Under the pieces are notes generated by a model. It had not been told where the DNA came from and searched no databases. It saw only the letters and a program-made list of their open reading frames with translations. Shown in pieces: positions 56,405 to 64,000 of a stretch of 64,000 nucleotides of DNA (positions are counted from its first letter, which is position 1; each line of letters starts with the position of its first letter). Source of the stretch: Minisyncoccia bacterium (GTDB lineage: Bacteria > Patescibacteriota > Minisyncoccia > Phycocordibacterales > UBA6065). The stretch spans positions 16,701 to 80,700 of the forward strand of contig JBIIJY010000001.1 of the NCBI GenBank assembly GCA_044233485.1, read 5' to 3'. Made by a program: the position numbers and the translations under genes.

Positions 56405-58168
56405 TTATTCCCCACCATGAGCATCCCACATACGTTTAAACTGTGGGCATGAATTCAAGAGTTCTGGAAGTGTTCCAGAAGCAATGACTTGTCCTGATTC
56501 GAAGACAAATATGTGATCAAAGAGTGGCAAGAGGTGGAGCTTGTGCAAAGCTGATATCACCAACCTTCCCTCGAAAGCTCTGAAGAAGCTCTCATAGATC
56601 TGCCTCTCAGTAAATGAATCCAAACCACTCGTCGGTTCATCGATAGCAACAATTTGTTTATCGGCGGACTCGAGCAACCCCCGCGCAAGCGCGAGACGCT
56701 GACCCTGACCACCAGACAAATTAACACCTTTTTCAGTTGCAAGTGAATCGAGACCTTTCGGAAGAAGTGGAATGACTGAATCGAATCGTGAGATTCGGAG
56801 TGCCTCGGCAAGTTGCGCCTCAGTGTATTGGGCTCCGAGAGTGATATTGTGTAAAATGGTCGCTTGAAATATTTCCGGATTTTGAGGCACAAGTGCCACA
56901 GAATCACAAAAGTCTTCAAATCCATTCTGACAGCGAACACCATCGACCCACACTTCACCAGTCTTCGGCTTAAAGAGTCCCCGAATCAGCTTAAGAAGTG
57001 TTGTCTTACCACTGCCGCTTTCACCAACAAACGCAACCCGACTACCCCTTGTAAGAGACATCGAGATATCTGTTAGCGGTGCGGAGCGCGAGTCCGGATA
57101 GGCAAACCCGAGTGATTTGATCTCGATAGTTTGCCACCCGTGCGGAAGTTCGCCAGTATCGTAACTACGCTGAGCGAAATTCTCTGCAACATGTTCTGCA
57201 TTTTGAGCACGCACTCTCCATTTAACAATATTCGAGTAGAAACTAGTGAAACGGAAGAATACCTCGTTAACTCGCTTCAGATACGACATAAGTAAATACA
57301 CCGTTCCGATGAGCACTGGTGCATTGCTGTTCGAGAGAGTCCAGAAATAGTGCCCAAGCACCGACGCCGTCATCAGTGCACAGCACATACTAGTCAGGAA
57401 CCATTTGGTTTCGCTAAGTCTGTTTGTGCGAAAGGTCAGAGCTTGTTGATCTCTCATTTTGCTGACAATAGAACTCAGGACGAGTTTTTCAATCCGCAAA
57501 ATTACCACCGTAGTGATATTTGAAAGTGCATCGAAGACTGCCTGCGATACCTTATTCTCACCCCGCGAAATTTCGGCATAATTCTTTACCAGAATCGTGT
57601 CGATTTTGATCGTTATCAGAACTGAGATGACCAGAAACACAAGCGCGAGTGCTCCAGCTGTTAGACTGAAGAATGCCAAGACCGCGCAACAGATGATCAG
57701 ATTTGCGAAAGTATACAGCAACTCATATGTCTCTTCAGAGAACAGATAGAGAGCGCTAGTTCCCTTCTCAATTCGATCAATCGTATCACCAGAATGATTA
57801 TCATTGTGCCACTGCATCGGTAGATGCATGACGCCGTTTAGGAAAAATCGGCGATAATTCATACGGAGTAAAAACGCATTATTCATTTCCATCACTCGTG
57901 CTGGCCCATGAAGCGACCAGAACACAAACGTGCAAGCAAGTGATGCGACCAAATACAGAAAGAGTCTTGGAAGGTTAGCTTCCGTCACCCCTTCTTGTTG
58001 AACCGTATCCATAATTCTCGCTATGACCAACGGTTCTAGTGAGAGCGGGACAAGACTTGCGAGGGCGAACATACACCAGAAGAGAATCACTGTCTTTCGA
58101 TTACCCTCTGAGTATCTCCACATTTTGCCGAAGAGATAGTGAATCGGATTTTTTCTTTTTTGTTTCAT
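56405..58168 (-). CDS. ABC exporter, fused TMD-NBD
   Basis: GESGSGKTT, LSGGQ.QR, DEPTS.LD; SD AGGAAAGGAAG before ATG 58168. Confidence 0.92.
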   Translation of the reverse strand: MKQKRKNPIHYLFGKMWRYSEGNRKTVILFWCMFALASLVPLSLEPLVIARIMDTVQQEGVTEANLPRLFLYLVASLACTFVFWSLHGPARVMEMNNAFLLRMNYRRFFLNGVMHLPMQWHNDNHSGDTIDRIEKGTSALYLFSEETYELLYTFANLIICCAVLAFFSLTAGALALVFLVISVLITIKIDTILVKNYAEISRGENKVSQAVFDALSNITTVVILRIEKLVLSSIVSKMRDQQALTFRTNRLSETKWFLTSMCCALMTASVLGHYFWTLSNSNAPVLIGTVYLLMSYLKRVNEVFFRFTSFYSNIVKWRVRAQNAEHVAENFAQRSYDTGELPHGWQTIEIKSLGFAYPDSRSAPLTDISMSLTRGSRVAFVGESGSGKTTLLKLIRGLFKPKTGEVWVDGVRCQNGFEDFCDSVALVPQNPEIFQATILHNITLGAQYTEAQLAEALRISRFDSVIPLLPKGLDSLATEKGVNLSGGQGQRLALARGLLESADKQIVAIDEPTSGLDSFTERQIYESFFRAFEGRLVISALHKLHLLPLFDHIFVFESGQVIASGTLPELLNSCPQFKRMWDAHGGE

Positions 58169-58253
58169 GTAACTTCCTTTCCTGCTTGAAGTGTTTACCA
58201 AAGAGCAAAATAAAACGCCACACATGTGGCGTTTTAAATACTGAACGAGTAGT

Positions 58254-58334
58254 TTAGCACTTACAACGACACACGAACGACAGATCACTCCATGAATAGT
58301 GGAGTTCGTTTGGAGCGGTATTAAGTTTTGACAT
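58254..58334 (-). CDS. Putative 26 aa leader peptide (MSKLNTAPNELHYSWSDLSFVCRCKC)
   Basis: Between TTGACA promoter (about 58356-58384) and terminator-like hairpin 58211-58235. Confidence 0.45.
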   Translation of the reverse strand: MSKLNTAPNELHYSWSDLSFVCRCKC

Positions 58335-58559
58335 GTGATATGTCATATAATTCATATAATACACCATATAGCGGTATATGTCAAAGTTTTGATTTCAGTA
58401 TTCTTCACCGGGAGTGAGTGGTGGACTTCAGTTTTATTTTTCTGAACCAGCCTGTGAAGGAGATGAAATATTTAAGAGAAATTTTGAAATAATAAAACCC
58501 AGACCGAATTGTCTGGGTTTGAAGAATTTATCGAACGCCCTTCAAAGCGTCACTAGCTG

Positions 58560-59003
58560 TTAGTAGACACCTCTAGCGTGATCCTCAACAAGTATTTTCA
58601 CGAAGCGTTTATTTTGGCATTCATACGTCTCACGCTCGATCTTAGGACTGGATGAGCAATAGAAAGCAAAACGCCCGAGCTTCTTACCTGTTACACTCAA
58701 ACTCAAGAAACCGAGTCCGGAGTGGACGGTGTAACCGGAAGCCTCACCTTCATCAAGAACTTTTTCTTTTAGCCCATCCGCTTCAACGAGGATGAACTTG
58801 TTCTTACCAAGACTAGGTGCGCCACCTAGCTCGTCCTGCGTGTAGTGATACACGAAGAACTTTGTGCTGGGCGGTATTTCGGAAGCACTTTTCCGAAGTT
58901 CGATCGGTGGTGTCACTTCACAACCAAGTATTTTTACGATTTTTGCAATTGGTAGACGGTTTGTCTCGCGATTGCACATGTTAATGAGCGGTAGTCTATA
59001 CAT
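58560..59003 (-). CDS. Hypothetical protein downstream of tRNA-Ala repeat
   Basis: AAGGAG SD; TTGACA...TATAAT at about 59133-59161. Confidence 0.7.
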   Translation of the reverse strand: MYRLPLINMCNRETNRLPIAKIVKILGCEVTPPIELRKSASEIPPSTKFFVYHYTQDELGGAPSLGKNKFILVEADGLKEKVLDEGEASGYTVHSGLGFLSLSVTGKKLGRFAFYCSSSPKIERETYECQNKRFVKILVEDHARGVY

Positions 59004-59165
59004 ACTTTCTTTACTCCTTCTGTATGTACTTGCATAGTTGCAAGCAACTGTCGCTGCTTTTGAAGCAGGTACAGCATAAAACAAAGAGATTATCTTTACT
59101 TTATGCTGTACCCATTTTCGACTATCTCAATTTATTATATCACTTGTAATCTATTTGTCAACTAT

Positions 59166-59313
59166 TGTGGAATGTACAGGCCTCGGTCACAGGTCTCGCA
59201 CTGCTGTGCTCGCCCGCGACCCCGCCTCGCGCCGTCGCGCTCCGGCTTTCGAGTCCTGTAATACCCAGCCAGCAAGAAAAAACACCCGCGCATGCGGATG
59301 TTTTTTCTTGCTG
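59166..59313 (-). repeat. tRNA-Ala-linked structured element
   Basis: Terminator hairpin, inverted T-arm copy (59248-59260), GGTCAC...GCGACCCCGCCTCG core, degenerate tRNA 3' duplicate (59166-59185). Confidence 0.85.
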
Positions 59314-59386
59314 TGGACCCTACAGGACTCGAACCTGCCACCCCCGCTTTGCAAAAGCGGTGCTCTACCAGATGAGCTAAGGGCCC
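59314..59386 (-). tRNA. tRNA-Ala (TGC)
   Basis: G3:U70 pair, loop TTTGCAA, GGTTCGAGTCC. Confidence 0.96.
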
Positions 59387-59471
59387 AAAAACCTACGATG
59401 TAAATAGTACTATTTTTGGTAAAAAGTGCAAGGTGGGTTGACGCGCAAGCTACAGGTACTACAATAAATCT

Positions 59472-59837
59472 ATGCATCGTGTACACACGCTCATCGCTAC
59501 TGTACTCCTTCTCTGCGTTACAATCACAGCTGGCTTTGGTTTTATCTCTCTCTTCCATTCAGGCCATCACGCAGACACCTCCCTCTCGTGCCCGTTCTCA
59601 AACCACGTCGAACGTACCTGTAGCAACACAATACTCGGACACTTTGAAGCTTGGTCACATACGTTCCTTCTTATATTTGCCCTCACCCTCGTCTTCATAC
59701 CATTACGACGTCTTGTACTAGCACGGACCCTCTCTATTTCATATAGCCCACCACAAAGACCAATCCAAGCAGATACCGTCCCTTCTCCACTACAGTGGGC
59801 ATTCTCCCGAGGCATACTCAATACCAAGGCCTACTAG
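59472..59837 (+). CDS. His/Cys-containing membrane protein upstream of DUF305 gene
   Basis: 2 TM, HSGHH..CPF......C, C-terminal FSRGILNTKAY. Confidence 0.65.
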   Translation: MHRVHTLIATVLLLCVTITAGFGFISLFHSGHHADTSLSCPFSNHVERTCSNTILGHFEAWSHTFLLIFALTLVFIPLRRLVLARTLSISYSPPQRPIQADTVPSPLQWAFSRGILNTKAY

Positions 59838-59908
59838 TCACTCTACTGGGTTTTCTCTTATCTTGATCAAATAAACGTTTAATTTTATTGACTACTAACA
59901 TAACATTC

Positions 59909-60301
59909 ATGGACAAAAAAAATATTCTTATTGCAGTCGGAGGAGTCGTTGCAGGCATAGTCATTGGCGCACTTCTTGTACGGAGTGGTGCTTGCCCGAT
60001 GATGAACAAACTCAGCGGACACGGAGGTAAAAACTGCACGATGATGGGGCAAGGTCACGGAAACATGTCTCACATGATGAGTGACATGGTAGAGGGACTT
60101 GAAGGAAAGCGTGGTGATGCTTTTGATGCCGCTTTCCTGGATGAGATGGTTATTCATCATGAAGGAGCAGTAGCGATGGCTGAAGAAGTGCTCGAACACT
60201 CAAAGCGACCAGAGCTCTTGAAACTCGCTGATGAAATTATCTCGGCACAGACAAAAGAAATCGAGATGATGAAAGCGTGGAAGGCACGGTGGTTTAAGTA
60301 A
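59909..60301 (+). CDS. DUF305 (CopM-like) Met/His-rich protein
   Basis: FD.AFL.EM..HH.GAV.MA, LA..II.AQ..EI..M..W. Confidence 0.9.
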   Translation: MDKKNILIAVGGVVAGIVIGALLVRSGACPMMNKLSGHGGKNCTMMGQGHGNMSHMMSDMVEGLEGKRGDAFDAAFLDEMVIHHEGAVAMAEEVLEHSKRPELLKLADEIISAQTKEIEMMKAWKARWFK

Positions 60302-60357
60302 CTACAATCCGTCGCTTCCAACAAAAACCACCCATACGGGTGGTTTTTAATTGTCTA

Positions 60358-60567
60358 GATCCCCCACGCAGAGCAAAGCAGTTTGCTCTGCTCCACCTCA
60401 CGATGTGTCGGCGGGTGGGATCGGTCACAACTCTTTTACTTCGTAAAAGGTCGCTACCCCGCCTCGTCTGTCTCGCATAGCTCGACATGACTCTGGCCTT
60501 CGATCCCCCACGCAGAGCAAAGCAGTTTGCTCTGCTCCACCTCACGATGTGTCGGCGGGTGGGATCG
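60358..60567 (-). repeat. 66 bp direct repeat (period 144) containing tRNA 3' end, bracketing structured element
   Basis: 60358-60423 equals 60502-60567; intervening GTCAC-hairpin-GCTACCCCGCCTCG. Confidence 0.93.
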
Positions 60568-60623
60568 AACCACCGACCTTGGGCTTATGAGTCCCACGCT
60601 CTAGCCAACTGAGCTACGCCGAC
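60550..60623 (-). tRNA. tRNA with CAT anticodon (elongator Met or Ile2)
   Basis: Acceptor GTCGGCG/CGCCGAC (paired 1:72, so not initiator), loop CTCATAA, GGTTCGATCCC. Confidence 0.93.
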
Positions 60624-60868
60624 ATCTACTTTCTGTATCTATTCTGCCAACTATACCCTATTTCTGTCGTTTTTCAATAGATCCGGAAGGTAGTTTCTGT
60701 GGAGATTTATCCACAAATGTCTGAGTGAAGGCACACCACGGACACGTGAGGCGAGTTCGTGGAGTCATGTGTATGTCGGCGATCGTCCACCACTTTGAAC
60801 ACGAGACACACAAAAAGTGTACCAAGATTTCTCTTGAGTACACCCCTGTAGTTTTTCGTGTGGATTGT

Positions 60869-61912
60869 TTACCGGGCTTCATCAAGCGTTTCGAGCGGAA
60901 TGCGTTCATCTGCAGGAGATTCCTGATTTTGCATCATATCAATCCGAATTTGTCGCTGATAGTCTTCTACCATCATCTGTTGTCTGCGTTGTGCCTCAAG
61001 TCCCTTCATACGTGCAGTATTAAGTGAAGCAAGGACTATACTTCCCAGTAGTACTGGCATAATGAGGACTGAAAGAAACGAAAGATAGTACCACTTCTTC
61101 TGGTGAGTGAGCGTGGTCTCTATTGCAGTTTCAAGATTACCACCGAGTTCAAACTTCTTTGCACCCACAAGAGCTTGATACCACGTATAGACGTAAACAA
61201 GAACTATCACGGTAACCATACTAGAGACAAGCGCCACAAAACCAGCAGCAAGATATGGAATTCCCAAGCTGCCTGCGACAATTCCTAGCCCTATCGCCAC
61301 CAGAAAGAAACAAATAACCATAATCACACCAAGACCGAGAAAGTGACCAAAGGTTACCCAAAACTTACCACGGAGGAGTGTCATGGCTGTCGCAATCGCT
61401 CGCATACCTTTTCGACCAGAGACAATATAGTCAGTGAGGGCGAGATACATTACTGCGCTCAAGAGCAGACCAGGGATAATAAAGAGTACTGAGCCAGCGA
61501 ACGAAAGCGCTGTACCGATAATTGATATCCAGATAAGTGAGAAGATGCCTTTTGTAAGAGTGAGGGCCTCATCAGTGGCGGTTGTCTGTAAGCCACTTTC
61601 GCGTTTATGTATATAGGCCACAAGTGCATACCCGAGAACAAACTGAACAACCGTCGCAATGATTGTACCTGCAAGAAGATTGAAGAGAAGGAGGGTTGAG
61701 AGGTGATCTGACTCTGAAGACGACTTCAACATGTCTGCCATTATTGACTGACCAAGAGAAGCCAGGGCAATCACGACAAGCACTCCAACAATCTCATAAA
61801 AATATTTCTTAAATAAACTAAGGGTGCTGCTCACATGCTGACCGAATGTAGGATATATTCCCACTAACTGTGCTCCAGCTGGCACAGTGTTTGGTGTTAT
61901 ATTATTTTCCAT
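60869..61912 (-). CDS. Multi-TM membrane protein with pilin-like C-terminal helix
   Basis: About 7 TM; SIVLASLNTAR.K resembles the pilin helix of 33035-34050. Confidence 0.75.
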   Translation of the reverse strand: MENNITPNTVPAGAQLVGIYPTFGQHVSSTLSLFKKYFYEIVGVLVVIALASLGQSIMADMLKSSSESDHLSTLLLFNLLAGTIIATVVQFVLGYALVAYIHKRESGLQTTATDEALTLTKGIFSLIWISIIGTALSFAGSVLFIIPGLLLSAVMYLALTDYIVSGRKGMRAIATAMTLLRGKFWVTFGHFLGLGVIMVICFFLVAIGLGIVAGSLGIPYLAAGFVALVSSMVTVIVLVYVYTWYQALVGAKKFELGGNLETAIETTLTHQKKWYYLSFLSVLIMPVLLGSIVLASLNTARMKGLEAQRRQQMMVEDYQRQIRIDMMQNQESPADERIPLETLDEAR

Positions 61913-62870
61913 GTGCCAATTGTAGCACGTGTTCGACGAACTCCGGAAGTGAAGAGCCTACTGAGCGAAGAGCTTTTGGGAGGAGTGATTCACCCGTGAG
62001 ACCAGGGAGTGTATTAACTTCGAGAAAGTAGATTCCTCTACGCGGAGTGACGATAAAATCCGAACACGAGTAGTGATCAAGACCGAGTATAGTGTGTACC
62101 TCACGAGCAGCCGATTCAAGTTCCACCACCTCGTCACGAGAAAAGTTACCTGGAAATATCTCATCACTCGCCCCTTCGTACTTCGCCTCATAATCAAAAA
62201 ATCGCTTGTGTGCATGAGGGATAATTTCTCCTGGCGGAAGTGAATACAGTGACTGCCCACGAAAATCTTCCACAACCCCCACCGTTGCTTCCTTCCCTTT
62301 GATGTATTCCTCGACCAGCACCTGATCACTCACCTCAAAAGCACGAGTGAGCGCCCGGTCTAGTTCATCTACAGAGTGAACAATAGATATTCCTACCGAT
62401 GAACCCAGCGAGACTGGTTTGATGATTGCTGGATGAGGAAATGTGCGGTATAGATCGATCACAAAATCCCGCGTGTGCTCATTTTTGTGTACGAGTCGAT
62501 GCAGGGCAAACTTCACTTTTGCTCCGAAACGCTTCAAGACATCTTTCGTATGTGCTTTGTGCATCGCAAGAGCTGAAGGAACTTTACCAGAACCCGTATA
62601 CGGAATCGCATGATGGTCAAGAACATGTTGCACCTGTCCATCTTCACCATACTCACCATGAAGAGCATTAAAAGCGACATCAATCTTGCGATGAAGCATA
62701 TCTGGCGTGACTACCATCCCATCGATACGCCATACACCGTCTTTCCCGATAAAGACATCAACGGGAATGTATTTTTCTTGATTGAGCGACTTCAAAACAT
62801 GCTCGCCACTTTTGAGCGAGACTTCGTATTCAGAAGATGGACCACCACGCAAGACTCCTACTCGTATCAT
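61902..62870 (-). CDS. ddl: D-alanine--D-alanine ligase
   Basis: GGPSSEYEVSL.SG, LHGEYGEDG, GSSVG, EVNTLPG.T. Confidence 0.96.
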   Translation of the reverse strand: MIRVGVLRGGPSSEYEVSLKSGEHVLKSLNQEKYIPVDVFIGKDGVWRIDGMVVTPDMLHRKIDVAFNALHGEYGEDGQVQHVLDHHAIPYTGSGKVPSALAMHKAHTKDVLKRFGAKVKFALHRLVHKNEHTRDFVIDLYRTFPHPAIIKPVSLGSSVGISIVHSVDELDRALTRAFEVSDQVLVEEYIKGKEATVGVVEDFRGQSLYSLPPGEIIPHAHKRFFDYEAKYEGASDEIFPGNFSRDEVVELESAAREVHTILGLDHYSCSDFIVTPRRGIYFLEVNTLPGLTGESLLPKALRSVGSSLPEFVEHVLQLAHGK

Positions 62871-62915
62871 GAGTCTAATTCTATCCTAAATATTGCACCT
62901 CGGGTGACTACCTGT

Positions 62916-64000
62916 TTATGAACGCTTCGCGCGAGGTGTAAGAAAGGTGTTGGCTCGAGTTTTACGATGATACTTTACCGCAAAACGATGAGCTTCACTG
63001 TTGACGAGGACTATTTCTTTTTCATACACTTTGATAAATTCCTGATTCCCTAGGAGCTTCTCAGGTTTGTGTTTATCATTCTTCGTCACTGCCACTACTT
63101 CAATATCAAAATGAGTCTCGGCAAGCAGCTTCAATATACTCGAACGCTGCGGCTCCCCACCATCAACGACAATACAATTCGGGAACGGCCATTCTGGATG
63201 CTCAAGTCGTCGAGAGACGATTTCTCGGGTGTTGGCAATATCATCATTACCTTTTCCGCTTTTGATCTTGAACATACGGTACTGGTTTTTCGAGACCACT
63301 CCATCCTCGATCACCGTCATCACACCGACTGTTCCTCGTCCGGCTGTATGGGCAATGTCATACGCTTCAATACGCAGACGAGCCGCTGGTGCAGAAGGCG
63401 TCAGTGTACGCTTAACTTCTGATTCACTTCGAATGAGCATTGAGTCTCGGATATGAGTGAGTGCAAAAATAGTTTTTTTGATTTCGTGTGCCTCCTCAAA
63501 GTGAAGCTCTTTGGCATATGCGTTCATTTCTCGAGTCAGGTCCTGGATTAGTTCACCTTTCTTGCCCTGAAAAAACAAAACAATGTGTCGTATATTTTGC
63601 GCATACACCTCTTTGGTAATCGCCCCTACACAGACACCCGGACAAAGTCCGATTTGTGCATTAAAACATTTTTTCGGTTTCGTCTGTTTTGTAGCGTCTG
63701 GCACTTCGCAACGATCACGATATGGAAATATCTTTCGGATTATCTTTAACCCTTCACGAATCGCTGGGCCATGCACAAACGGGCCAAAAGAATACTTACG
63801 TGGCAGGGTGAAGTCTCCATTTTCAAGATCTTTCTCACGAACAAGGACAATGCGTGGAAACACCTCATCGGTAATCACAACATAGTCAAAACTCGTATCG
63901 TCTTTCTCCTTGGTATTGTAATAGGGTGAATACGTCTTAATGGCATTGGCTTCAAGAACAATCGCATCCAGCACTGAATCTGCCTGCACCCACGAGAGCT
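62916..64000 (-). CDS. UvrC-like excinuclease (5' end outside window; no HhH tail)
   Basis: LE...IK...P.YN, Cys cluster, UVR FEEA, RIEAYDIAH, VDGG..Q, EAHRFA..YHR. Confidence 0.88.
   Translation of the reverse strand, partial: LSWVQADSVLDAIVLEANAIKTYSPYYNTKEKDDTSFDYVVITDEVFPRIVLVREKDLENGDFTLPRKYSFGPFVHGPAIREGLKIIRKIFPYRDRCEVPDATKQTKPKKCFNAQIGLCPGVCVGAITKEVYAQNIRHIVLFFQGKKGELIQDLTREMNAYAKELHFEEAHEIKKTIFALTHIRDSMLIRSESEVKRTLTPSAPAARLRIEAYDIAHTAGRGTVGVMTVIEDGVVSKNQYRMFKIKSGKGNDDIANTREIVSRRLEHPEWPFPNCIVVDGGEPQRSSILKLLAETHFDIEVVAVTKNDKHKPEKLLGNQEFIKVYEKEIVLVNSEAHRFAVKYHRKTRANTFLTPRAKRS

Noticed and set aside
60690-60720. Replication origin from DnaA-like boxes
   Set aside because: Only isolated boxes, also scattered in other intergenic regions; no dense cluster and no dnaA/dnaN nearby.

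Overview
This 64 kb window looks like a Patescibacteria (CPR, Parcubacteria-like) chromosome in the standard genetic code. The assignment is inferred from gene content: a compact dcw cluster, a short SMC, a NusB-NUDIX fusion, tandem type IV pilins and surface proteins with C-terminal peptidoglycan-binding tails. From about 12 kb onward it is mostly housekeeping genes (murF, ftsI, rsmH, mraZ, rnr, smc, rnc, rpmF, rnhB, dnaE, ychF, lysS, greA, mrdA, mreBC, proS, frr, dinB, lexA, ddl, uvrC-like), interleaved with small stand-alone orphan transcription units. The most unusual part is 1.4-11.6 kb, downstream of tRNA-Glu, with three components. (1) A ~4.35 kb GC-rich integrated element whose serine recombinase gene is split by its own att site, so the enzyme would carry different C-termini when integrated and excised. 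(2) A tandem series of co-oriented cargo modules separated by tRNA 3'-end copies and conserved covarying hairpins. (3) Within that series, a four-gene operon encoding a cyclodipeptide synthase, a SET-domain protein, an unknown helical protein and a protease. All four tRNAs in the window (Glu, Ser, Ala, Met/Ile2) are followed by structured T-loop-anchored repeats, and none encodes CCA. All calls come from reading the sequence by eye; no database searches were run.
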